DNA of 64,000 nucleotides from Octopus sinensis (GCF_006345805.1 NC_042998.1:76632001-76696000), one strand, 5' to 3'. Shown: positions 13,227-24,530, counted from the stretch's first letter. Translations and numbers: made by a program. The notes: a model not told the origin generated them from the letters alone.

Positions 13227-14198
13227 ATGAGCCGCCTCTACCAAACGGATGAGATGGAAGGGAGAAATTTCTCTGAAAATTCGTCGACATCTGAGGAGGA
13301 GTTGGCGGTGAAAAAAATGGAAAGCACCTACGCAGGTATAACGAAGAAGTCAACAGAAAAAGAGATAGACCTGGCTAAGTTGACGGACTTCCAGGAGTTC
13401 ATGAAGGAGGAGGAGAACGGAGAGGTTGAGCTGTTGCCTCTAGCAGGGCGCGGAGACTGGTTCCATCGTAGAACCATTAAATATAAAGTATTTATGAATG
13501 GAGGTAGAAAAATGGAAGTGATTAACATGGAAGCAATTGAAGAGGCTTTCAAACAGACAGGAGAAGAAATTGTGTACATGACAAAAGGATTAGAATATGG
13601 AACCATAACGGTACAATTTAAAAGTGAGAAAGCAGCCAGGAATATAGCAGCCAAGGTGGTGAGTACAGAAAAGTTTTACTTGTTCCCCTCGTATTTGAAT
13701 AGAAGGACCACCAGAATTAGGGTGGAAGGAATACCTCCACACCTAGAGGGCGAATTAATAACGGCTGCGGTTATCAAAGGAAATGAAGATAAAGTGGACA
13801 TCCTCCACGCCATTATGAAATATGAAGGCGTGAGAGGTGCCACACTAGTAATAAACATACAGACGGAGGCGGAAGTTATAGAAAAGCTTACGGACAGTAT
13901 AAAAACTGGAAATATTATTATGAGAGTGTGGGTGGAGGGTAGGGCGCCCAGGTGCTACAAGTGTGGCCTGAGGGGTCACATAAGAGCCTACTGCCCTCCC
14001 CCACCAAAGGAAAAAGAAAAGGAAATTGTCGCGGAAGCCCCAAAAGAGGAAGAAACCAAAGAGAACCAAAGGGAAAAAGAAACGACAGAAGAAGAGGAGA
14101 TGCAGCAGAGTGGGAAGAAGGAAGAAAAAAGAGAAAAAGAAGAAAAAGAAAAACTGTGCGAAGCCCCAACCCACCCCAACACCACCCGCACCCTCTGA
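13227..14198 (+). CDS. LINE ORF1/gag-like nucleic-acid-binding protein (RRM-like region plus one CCHC zinc knuckle), L1/Tx1-like
   Basis: First ATG at 13227 of the 13116-14198 ORF; motifs TYAGITKK, RRTTRIRVEGIPP, RVWVEGRAPR-CYKCGLRGHIRAYC (CX2CX4HX4C, 13953-13994), then an E/K-rich tail. Confidence 0.8.
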   Translation: MSRLYQTDEMEGRNFSENSSTSEEELAVKKMESTYAGITKKSTEKEIDLAKLTDFQEFMKEEENGEVELLPLAGRGDWFHRRTIKYKVFMNGGRKMEVINMEAIEEAFKQTGEEIVYMTKGLEYGTITVQFKSEKAARNIAAKVVSTEKFYLFPSYLNRRTTRIRVEGIPPHLEGELITAAVIKGNEDKVDILHAIMKYEGVRGATLVINIQTEAEVIEKLTDSIKTGNIIMRVWVEGRAPRCYKCGLRGHIRAYCPPPPKEKEKEIVAEAPKEEETKENQREKETTEEEEMQQSGKKEEKREKEEKEKLCEAPTHPNTTRTL

Positions 14199-14583
14199 AT
14201 CCCACCCTTCCCCTGCAGACAGTGAACCCACCCTCTCCCCTCCAACAAGAAAACAAAAGAAAAATACAGACAGACAAGAGTTTGAAAACGAACCCAGGCC
14301 GAACATTTATATTGTGACTGAACAGAAAGAGGTTGCAAGGGTAATGGAGGAGTATGAATGGTATGAAATGGATGGGACCAGATATGCAGTGCTGGAAAAG
14401 AAGAATATAGATGAGTTTGTGTTGAGGTGTGAGAGGGAGAATTGGGAGGTGAAGGATACAAGAATGAGCGATGAATTCGTGGAATATATGGAGGACAGTT
14501 TCGGAGTAAGAATGGATATGGATGGTCTTCGTATTGGGAATGAACATTCAGGTGACAGTGAAAACAAAAGGACAGGTAAGTGA
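14150..14583 (+). CDS. Probable +1-frameshifted C-terminal continuation of the ORF1-like protein
   Basis: Frame of ORF 14026-14583 becomes protein-like after the A-rich run (PQPTPTPP...VMEEYEWYEMDGTRYAVLE...); removing 1 nt near 14115-14155 gives one 451-aa ORF from 13227. Confidence 0.6.
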
Positions 14584-14724
14584 TGCTGGCGGAGGGGGCC
14601 GTTAGCATCGCTTTCATATTATCATTTTTTCATTTTCATTTGCTCATAAATTTAATCATATTGTTCTATGTCCCCCATGTTTTGTTATGTCCGCCATTCT
14701 TCGTAGCCCCTGGTGGGTAATAAA

Positions 14725-15060
14725 GAAATAACATGGAGGAAAGCACCTTCGAAAAGTGTCTTGGTGCGACTATGAAAGATATCTAACCAGAGGCGGTAAA
14801 TTCGCCACAATAGAAGCAAGGTTCGAGTCAACGGAGCGTGCAAGGGAGTACTCGACTCGAACTTGCAAAGTGGAAATATTTTATTTTACCTTTATATCTG
14901 GGACGTAGGACGTCCCGGAAAAAATTTTAAATGCCCCCCCCCCCCCGAAGTAGAGGTAGGCTGGATTGTAGCCACACTTCTATACAAGAGGGAGGACAAG
15001 ATACAATTGATCGAAATTAGAAGAGACGGGCTAACAATTCCAGTCTGTTATATATTTTGA
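14725..15060 (+). pseudogene. Decayed ORF1-like paralog, 3' piece with several frameshifts
   Basis: YLTRGGKFATIEARFESTERAR vs YMTKGLEYGTITVQFKSEKAAR; PLYLGRRTSR vs PSYLNRRTTR; PPPEVEVGWIVATLLYKREDKIQLI vs PPHLEGELITAAVIKGNEDKVDIL. Confidence 0.7.
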
Positions 15061-15219
15061 GTATTGTTATCACTAGCGATATCAAGATATAACTTTGTAT
15101 TTTGTATTTTATGTGTAGATGTATATATATAGATGTACATGTAATATGTACACATATATATACACATATATACATGCACTAGCACTATGACCCGGCAACG
15201 ACGGGTCTTTAATGCTAGT

Positions 15220-15425
15220 ATGTATATATTTATGTATGTGTCTGTGCTTGTTCCCTCGCCATCGCTTGACAACCGATATTTGTATATATAGCGGTTCGGC
15301 AAAATACACTGATAGAATAAGTATTAAGCTTACAAAGAATAAGTGCTAGGGTAGATTGTTCGACTAAAGGCGGTGGCCCAGCATGGTCGCAGTCAAATGA
15401 CTGAAACAAGTAAAGGAATAAAAGA

Positions 15426-15430
<5 letters not shown>
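15220..15430 (+). mobile_element. SINE family B, 3' half (continuation of 12345-12530)
   Basis: gtgtctgtgcttgttcc...catcgcttgacaaccga...gcggttcggcaaaa...gtcaaatgactgaaacaagtaaagg. Confidence 0.8.
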
Positions 15431-15456
<26 letters not shown>

Positions 15457-15480
15457 AATCATATTCATGCATAGAGATAG

Positions 15481-15511
<31 letters not shown>

Positions 15512-15754
15512 AAGAGAGAGGCGTCCATACATACGTACTCACATACATATAAACACTCACATATTCATACATAGAGAGAAGTCACAAAAAACAAAAGACG
15601 AAGATAGGTGGTGTAGACAACAAACAGATGTATTAGTTTACATACATACATACATACATGCATACATACATACATACATACATACATACATACATACATA
15701 CATACATACATACATACATACATACATACATACATAGTCACTAATAATAAAAAG

Positions 15755-16210
15755 GAATACTGTTGGAATGTCCCAGTGAAATCCTCAATAAAATGTAAAT
15801 ATAAGTAACTGGCATTTTATTTGGGATAGAGAAGGAAAACTACAGTTGTGGAAATCAGCTGCCCAGCGGATGTTAACCTAAAGCTAAAGATCAGCGAGAA
15901 AGAAAATACCTGTACTGGATTATTGAGGAATCTACAGCTACACTATGCAGATTTCAAGTTCAGGTTTATACCAGTAATTTTTGCGGCGCTGGGATATGTA
16001 ACACACGAAATACCAATCTTGAGGAATTAGGCTTCTCAAAACCAGGAAAAAAGCGGATTCGAATACTACAGATCCAAGCCATCACAGGAACTGTAAAAAT
16101 CTGTAAAACTTTCCAGAAGTTTATCATTTAAGTATAAATGAGCATGTCTAGACATGCAACTATATGCATAAGAATGCATACATAAAACAAAACATAGAGA
16201 TCTGCACACC
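15755..16210 (+). mobile_element. RLE-type (R4/Dong/NeSL-like) LINE, 3' end, between (CATA)n arrays
   Basis: VEISCPADVNLKLKISEKENT...LRNLQLHYADFKFRFIPVIFAALG...GTVKICKTFQKFII*: restriction-like endonuclease C-terminus. Confidence 0.8.
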
Positions 16211-16444
16211 CGCACATACATACATACATACATACATACATACATACATACATACATACATACAACATACATACATACATACATACATACATACATACGA
16301 AAACATCCTGTTAATATTGTTGAAAATCCAATAAAGGTAAAGTTTTTTTAATACTTTAAGCCCGAAACACGATCATGTACGCGGTTAACCTAAGTTGTAA
16401 TTCACTTTCCTTCTGCTACTGGCCTATGTGTAGTGTGCCGAACA

Positions 16445-18430
16445 ACTTTTGATAAACAAAGCTGTACTGTCAGCGGTGTAAAAAAAATCATACGAACTTT
16501 ACAATAGTATGGCTTGATTATAGGAAGACATTTGACTCTATTCCCCACTCATGATTGCTGAAGAGTCTCCATTTGGCAAAAGTGCCTACTATCTTAGTTG
16601 CTGCCATTGAGAGGCTCACAAAGACATGGAAAACAATTCTTACACTTAGAACTGAAAGCAGAATGATCGTCTCCAATGTTATAAATTTTCCAAAGGGAAT
16701 ATTCTAAGGAGATAGTCCCTCAGTAATTTTGTTCATCTTGGCATTAAATCCATTATCATTCATGCTACAAAAAGCAAATGGCTACATACCAGGGTCTGCA
16801 ACTACTAGAAATATCTATGTAACCCATGGTTTCTTTGTGGATGATCTCGAAATATATGCTAAAATATTAACACTGCCGAAAAAAAAAACCCAGCTAGAGT
16901 GAACAACATTTTCAGTTGACATAAGAATAGAATTTGGCCTAAAGAAATGTTTATATTTGATTATTGAACGGGGAAAGTCAGTCCCTGTGACTCAAAGACC
17001 TGTGTATCAATAGTCTCACTATCTCTCCTTTCCTACGCAAAGAATGCTACAAATACCTAGGCATTGATGAGACTATATTATACGAAGGTACTGTGAATAG
17101 ATATAGAATGACCTAAGGATATTAAACCAGACTTAGAAAAATATGGCAGTTAGAACGTGCCTCTTATAACAAGACAATATCCCGCAATACATTTGCTGTT
17201 TCCAGCATTTGGGATACTTGACTAGTATCTAGTAGAAATCCACAGACGTTAAAACCTGCAAGATACTGACATCAACTGGAAATCTCCACAGGAATAGTGA
17301 TATCAACAGACTCTACTTAAAAAGAGATAAAGGAGTTGGATGTTTGAGAACAGTGCTGAGAGACTTCGAATGTCGTATAGTCTTTCTCAGATAGCACTTG
17401 CTAAAAAACAGCAACAAGAATAACTTAGTACTGAAAAGTGAAGATAACAATATCCTACGCGTTAGGAGCGAACTCCTCAGGAAGCACTCTCTTCCTGATG
17501 ACCTCACATACAACCTCCAAAACAGCTGAAGAAGACCTGGATGTGAAACACTCAGCATATGAAAAACGACCATGTATGGGTATGTTTTCCGAAAACTGAA
17601 GAAGACAGCAACATTCTTTTCTACTCTAGGCACAAACTTTTGGAGAGCTGGGCCCTGTCGATTAGATCGACCCCAGTGCGCAAATGGTATTTAATTTATT
17701 GACCCCGAAAGGATGACAGGCAAAGTCGACCTCGGCGGAATATGAACTCAGAACGTAAAGAAAGACGAAATACCGCTAAGCATTTTGCCCGGCGTGCTAA
17801 CGTTTCTGCCAGCTCGCCGCCTTAGAAGACCGCAGTATTGGCATGAAGCGAAGCCTCTCTTGGAATCGTGACTGCTACATCACAGGACACTTCGATGGCT
17901 ATGCATTTCCAATCCCAAAATTGGAGATTGCTACAAAACAGCTAATAAAGAAAAGAGCCAGTCCTTGCAGTTATAAGATGCAACAGAAAATGTAGTTTAT
18001 GTGATGTTTCTGTGGAATACATCACACACGTGATTAGCAGCTCCCCCAAAGTATCATCAATATATTACCTCCTTATGCGACACGACGTTGCCGCAAAAAC
18101 AATACACAATGCCATCCGGAAAAAAAGACTGTCCTGGAATAAATATAGAAACTCGCCCTGTTATTTAATATATACACAAACATCAACACAAGGAATATTG
18201 ATGGAACATTTCCATCAAACCACCTGGCAAGTGCAAGCATAACAGCCCAGATATTATTGTTTGGGACAGACAAAAAAAGTATGTAAAGTATGGGGGTCCG
18301 CTGTCCTTGCTGATGTGAATATCTCTGAAAATCAAAGAGAAAAAGGAAAACTATGGACAACGGCTTCGAAACCTTCAGCTTCTATATTCAGATTACAAAT
18401 TTACATGTATACCAACAATAGTTAGTGTAT
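16445..18430 (+). mobile_element. Degraded RLE-type LINE (RT, zinc knuckle and RLE), same family as 55500-57270
   Basis: WLDYRKTFDSIPH (16510), GIF*GDS, FFVDDLEIYAK (16831), YKYLG, VEYITHVISSSPK...MRHDVAAK, QPDIIVWDR; many stops and frameshifts. Confidence 0.85.
17611..17823 (-). mobile_element. SINE family A, full length, inserted in the LINE
   Basis: Head aaggcggcgagctggcagaaacg, B-box gagttcatattcc, core and tail; probable 11-bp TSD agaagac[a/c]gca at 17600-17610 and 17824-17834. Confidence 0.9.
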
Positions 18431-19042
18431 ATATATATTAGAGAGAGATTGGGAGAGAGGGAGGGAGAAAGAGAGGAAGAATGGGTGTATTTTGACAATG
18501 ACATGCATAAGGTGCATAACTGAATGGGAAATATAAAAAAAATTATTTTAAATATTTATTATAGATCTGTGTGCGCGCGCAATTGTGTGTTTGTTTAAGT
18601 GTGTGCGCATGCGTATATGTATGTGTATTTATATGCATATATACATATCGTTATATGAGCAATATTTTTGTTAGAGTAGCCGCTAATTTTTAGTAATACA
18701 GTCCATGATAAAATTTGAAGCTGTGATTGATTGACTGTCTCTAGGTATAAAGAAAAATTACTTTATCTAGTACCTTCTTCCATTTTTGAACCCGTAGTGC
18801 TCGTGTTGTGTGGGATATGTGACTGCTATTTCTAGCAGTTTGAGCAACCGTCAGCTGCTGTCAAGTCTGTAGAGTATATCTGTCTACTCTCTCTGTCTCT
18901 GTCTCGCTCTCGTACTAAGTAAAGGTTCTGCAAAATGGTCTTTTTTTTTTGTCGTTTTCGTTGTCAATGATGGTTGTCACAGTACATGTACATATGTAGA
19001 TTTGGTATTGTTGTTGCTGTTGTCAGTATTAGCTATGCATAT

Positions 19043-19260
19043 ATTGATTTCAAATTTTAGCACAAGGCCATCAAGTTCGAGTTATAGTATAAGTCACTTA
19101 TATCGATCCCAGTGTTCAATCAGTACTTATTTTATCGATTTCGAAAGGATGAAAAGCAAAGTCGACCTCGGCGGAATTTGAACTCAGGACATAGAAACGG
19201 ACGAAATGTCGCTAAGCATTTTGATCGGCGTGCTATAAAGATTCTTCCAGGTCACCACCT
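19043..19260 (-). mobile_element. SINE family A, diverged full length
   Basis: gtcgacctcggcggaatttgaactcag core with head and tail. Confidence 0.8.
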
Positions 19261-20821
19261 CAGTTATGCTTATATTAGCTATGGTTGTATTAGCGAAATC
19301 CAAAGTAGTGAAATGTATATTTTGCAATCTACATATACTAATTACAAATATGGCGACATAAGTTGATCTAAGCGTCATTTCTGTGTTATTGAACCCTCAT
19401 AAATCCTTCCAAGCGACTTACGGGCGGAGGTTGCTTGTACATCTCGTTATTTTATGCACAGATACAGCTATATTTATCGGCAAGGTTTTCTGAGACTTGC
19501 TGCTGTATTAAGGATTTTGATCTCTGATAAATGATGTTTTAGAAGTCAACGTATTTCTTTTTTTTTTTCTAAATTTTCTAGTGTGTTCTTTTTAAATATA
19601 GCAATTTGTGTGATCTCAAGGAAATTTGGTGTCTATATCTGTAAGTTCGAATGATCACCTCAGTTCCTTGTAAGCTGGTACACATTCACACAAACTTGCA
19701 CATAACTACACATACATACATACATACATACATACATACATACATACATACATACATACATACATACATACATACATACGTACAATCTATATACAGTAAT
19801 GCTTCGATATATTTGTTCCCGGAGATTACTCGCAAAACGGAAAATCGTAAACCAGAACAATTATTTCTCAAAGTAGCAATGAAAATTTATGCCGCCATTT
19901 CATCCGTTGCTGTGTAGATGCGTCAGAACCAGTGTTGTCACATGTTGCGACGCTGCCACAGACGAAATCGCTGTTTAACCTTTTAATATTTATCATAAAA
20001 TAAAACTGGTAAACCCGTGGTCTCGTAAAGTGAGGCATTACTGTATATTCACACAAACATACATATACCTATAAATACATACGTATGTAAATACATACAT
20101 ACATACATAAATGCATGCATACATACAAACTGTACCGTCAGCGATAGATGTACTAGCATGGAGAACTGCCTAAAAATGTCTCTAAGCCTTTCCCTGAAAC
20201 TATGTCGATCTAAAGAAGCTTAGTTCTTTTCTCTTTTGTTTCAAATAAAAGAGATGTCTTTACTTACCAACATTTATACCGGAATTAAAAAGTATTTTTC
20301 ACTACTTGGAATTTCGCTTATATGATCTATATGACATCGATTGTATCACTACCGTATCTGTGAACTATCATAAAATATATTTAGCCGCATCATTTAATTT
20401 TCTCTTAGCAATAAAATCAGGATGTTCTCCGATACTGTAAAAAAAAAAAGAAAAAAAAGAGAGAAGAATGGAGAAGATTTCACAATCGACTTCATGAACT
20501 GGCTACAAAATGGAGAGCTAAAACGGTTGCTGCAAAAGGCATCTTTCTATGTTTGGAAAATGGCTGTCACAGATAGCCATTGATATTCTGATTTCTGTGA
20601 TGCTCGTCTATACTGAAAACTGGGCAGGGGCTGCCACAGGGATCGACAAGAATACAAACTGATAGCGCCAGCACAACTATAACACGACTCCGTCGAATTG
20701 GTATCTCTGCATAATGACTCAACTCAGATAACTATGGAAGATACGCAACTGAAAAATATCTTACAACCATAGTTTGAGAGCAATTTTTCAACTTCTGCAA
20801 ACTATCTTCAAGCAATAGAAT

Positions 20822-20856
<35 letters not shown>

Positions 20857-21052
20857 CATTCTTACGACACACACGCACACACATATGTATATGTGTGTGT
20901 GCGTGTGCGTGTGCTTGTATAAGCATTTATACGATGCAATTTTCTCTATACATAATGCCATCTATATTTCTGCCTCTCATTCGTTCTGTCTCTCTGAATC
21001 CGCAATCCCCAAAGTAAACTGCAAGAATAAGGTTAAAACTACACGTTATATG

Positions 21053-21139
<87 letters not shown>

Positions 21140-21649
21140 TGTGTGTGTGTGTGTGTACCAGTAATCGGAGTTAAGACGGTTTGTATGTATACAATGTATG
21201 TCACTAATATATTAGTTTCCGTCTTATAAAAGTTTAGATAATAGCGGAGAAACAAGTGACTTAATTTTTACTATTTGTTCAGGAAGTCTGGTTTGTTTAC
21301 TTATCGATTGATCGACTACTGCTTTCCAACTTTCGAGAACCAATATCAAACAACTGAAAAATGTTTTGTTCAAATTATATCAAACTATTTTTTTCTTTTT
21401 TATCTTATTTATGAAAGGTTATTACAAATGAAAATGTAGAGACAAGCATAAAACATGAGTGTAAAAAGCGAAAGTGACGAGTGTTTGTTTGCATGTAGCT
21501 GTCGAGGAGATATGGAAGTCTAACGGGCACAGATATGTTTTGTTAGAGAGGAAATAAGCCCACAGCGTACTGTGATAAGTACGCAATTGAACAAACACCG
21601 CATCCTCTTCCCAGTATGTCCAGATTTAAATAAAAAAAATTAATGCTCC

Positions 21650-21890
21650 CTTTTAAAGTCTAACCAGGTTCATGGACCCGGTTTCCCTGTTTCAATGGCA
21701 TATGTGTTCCCCAGCTGGACGGGACGCCAGTCCATCGCAGCGTTACTCATTTTTGCCAGCTGAGTGGACTGGAGCAACCTGAAATGAAGTGTTTTGCTCA
21801 AGAACACAACGCGTCGCTCCGTCCATGATCCGAAACCACAATCTTACGACCATGATGCTGACACCCTAGCCACTGAGCCACGCGCCTCCA
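21650..21890 (-). mobile_element. SINE family C: tRNA-like head plus V/Meta-like central domain
   Basis: Minus strand: ggcgcgtggctcagtggctagg...gagtaacgctgcgatggactggcgtcccgtccagctgggg...gaaaccggg; domain name is from recollection. Confidence 0.7.
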
Positions 21891-22238
21891 CATGTCCAGA
21901 TTTAGAGATGCAAATATACAGTCATTCGAAAATCCGAAAAAATTCCGAATCATTTCAGATAACGGATAAACTGCAGAAATCCAAAAGAATAACGTACCTA
22001 TTCATTACCAGCTTTAATCTCATAAATCATAAGTTACTATCTGTTTGGCAGATATCAGCCTGCCTCGGCAAATGATTTATTTGCTGATTTCTATAAAGAA
22101 GACCCTGTATTCATGTTAGAACCATCGGCTTGACTGAGGAGGCACACATTAGGGTGGAAACCATGTGGTTTCTCAAAGTTCCTTTACACTGCTGAATTTC
22201 GTGTGTTTTGTAATCACATCGTCTAATACAAATACACC

Positions 22239-22385
<147 letters not shown>

Positions 22386-22529
22386 GGTATTTATGTATAT
22401 GTATAAACATACACGCCCATGCACACATACGTATTAATACATAATTCAACACACCATTTCTGCGTCTGTAAAATGGTCACTATAGAACATTAAGTACAGC
22501 GAACAACTTAGCGTGCAATTCGCCGGAGG

Positions 22530-22604
<75 letters not shown>

Positions 22605-22720
22605 TATATAATATATATTGAATTGCTGGCATAGCTGTTATTGTATGTGCGGAATAGATTTTATAGGACACCATTTGATATATATTATATATATAGATTT
22701 ACAAAGAGAAATATATATAT

Positions 22721-22769
<49 letters not shown>

Positions 22770-22770
22770 T

Positions 22771-22846
<76 letters not shown>

Positions 22847-22889
22847 AAGAGAGAACCACACACACACAAACAAGATAGTTTTATGTCTA

Positions 22890-23180
22890 ATATCATGGAA
22901 TCGACCGGATTATCGGGTACTGTTCTACACAAATGGTCGGAATGTGTTTCTTTGCATTTTTGTAGCCTAAGTATGTCACGCCGCTGGTTTGCCGCGTAAG
23001 CCAACATTAATCCAATGAGTGAAATACCATTTTGTCTCGGGGTTACTCATGGGCAGCTGTGTGGACTGGAGCAACTGGAAATGAAGTGTTTTGCTCATAA
23101 ACATAGCGTCACCGGTCTGGGAATCGCGACCATGATATTGCGATAGTGAGTGCAATACCCCTTACCACTGAGTCACACAC
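22890..23180 (-). mobile_element. Family C-like SINE head joined to a different 3' segment
   Basis: 23030-23180 matches the head and middle of 21740-21890; it diverges after atgagtaac. Confidence 0.55.
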
Positions 23181-23366
23181 CTTTTATGTCCATTGTACAG
23201 TATAAATTATAAAAAAATATTAAATACATAATTAGAAATATTTCGTTTCTAAATCTCTCAGAGAGATTTATATAGTAGCAGCACGATGTACCCGAGGAGA
23301 CCCAGACTGATGGGTCGAAAGATGTGTTGTACCTAATAAAGATCTATTACAAAATCCATTTCCAAT

Positions 23367-23430
<64 letters not shown>

Positions 23431-23652
23431 TGAGAGAGAGAGAGAGAGAGGGAAAGAGAGAGAGAGTGAGAGAGAGAACTATGCTCAAACGCATTGCATA
23501 TTTAATACATAATCTCAAATACATCCCTCATATATATGTATTTATATATGTATATATGTGTGTGTGTCTGTGTGTATATATGCATACATGCATACACACA
23601 TACATACATACATACATGCATACATACATACATACATACATACATACATACA

Positions 23653-23683
<31 letters not shown>

Positions 23684-23920
23684 TCCCCACACTGTTCCGG
23701 TTGCGGTTACACTGTGGTACGTCGACACCTTGAAAGGTTTTCGTCGGTCATTTGATTCAACGAGTTTTTTTTTTTTTCTCTCCAGGCAGGTACTTACTTT
23801 ATTGATTTCGATTTTGGTTGGAGTGAGGTTTCGAATTTGATCCATGTCAACATTGAACTGACCTAGTAGAAACGTAACTGCATATTTTGTACTCTAATAT
23901 ATACGTATCCATCGATATCA

Positions 23921-23990
<70 letters not shown>

Positions 23991-24020
23991 ATATATATAT
24001 ATCTGATATAGATATATCTT

Positions 24021-24530
24021 TTTCTGGTGGAGGCCGGTTTATAGACTTACCCTGGGTTTCTCGCTATAAAGTTTACCTTTATGGTGTATCTTTAGACCCT
24101 AAGACCAGTTGGCCTATGGACTCTTTAAAATATGGAGTGGGGAAATGATACATACAAACACCCACAATGGGGATTATCTCCCTTTGCTGTTGGTCATCAG
24201 CTTTCGGCTATGCCGTCGTCCTTCAGCTACGCCACCTCTCGGCTATGAGGGTAAAATTTAGGGGTTTATCTCCCACTCTCAGCAGCAATCAATTTCCAGC
24301 TGTGATATAATTATCTGTAATACCGCTCTTTTTATAAGGGCAATATAATGATGAGAGTGGGAGAAAACCCCCCACCTTTTACCCTCATAGCCGACAGGTG
24401 GCGTAGCTGAAGGGGGACGATACAGCCGGAAGCCGATGACCAGTAGCAAAGGGATATAATCACCATTGTTTGTAGCTGTATCGTTTATGGCGAGAAACCC
24501 AGGATAACACTATAAACCAGCCTTCACCAG

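Larger units (their letters stand above)
13068..14730 (+). mobile_element. ORF1-only non-autonomous non-LTR retroelement, ~1.66 kb
   Basis: CpG-rich 159-nt 5' UTR, ORF1-like CDS, 147-nt T-rich 3' UTR ending tagcccctggtgggtaataaagaaata (shared with SINE tails); no endonuclease or RT. Confidence 0.7.
12531..15218 (+). mobile_element. Non-autonomous Helitron, 2688 bp, carrying ORF1-like cargo
   Basis: Starts A|TCtttatatatataaaactgag followed by a GT/GTCT microsatellite and a caaccaatttcattcaaatttt core; ends gacccg-gcaacga-cgggtc hairpin (15189-15207), 7 nt, CTAG|T; no TSD; flanks rejoin as one SINE. Confidence 0.75.

Noticed and set aside
13845-14617. Three long minus-strand ORFs (153, 209 and 209 aa) overlapping the ORF1-like gene
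   Set aside because: Antisense shadows of a purine-rich coding strand; F/L/S-rich with no motifs.
24196-24225. tcatcag (CTGATGA on minus) next to GAAA in the 24-kb fold-back
   Set aside because: Motif order and stems do not form a hammerhead.
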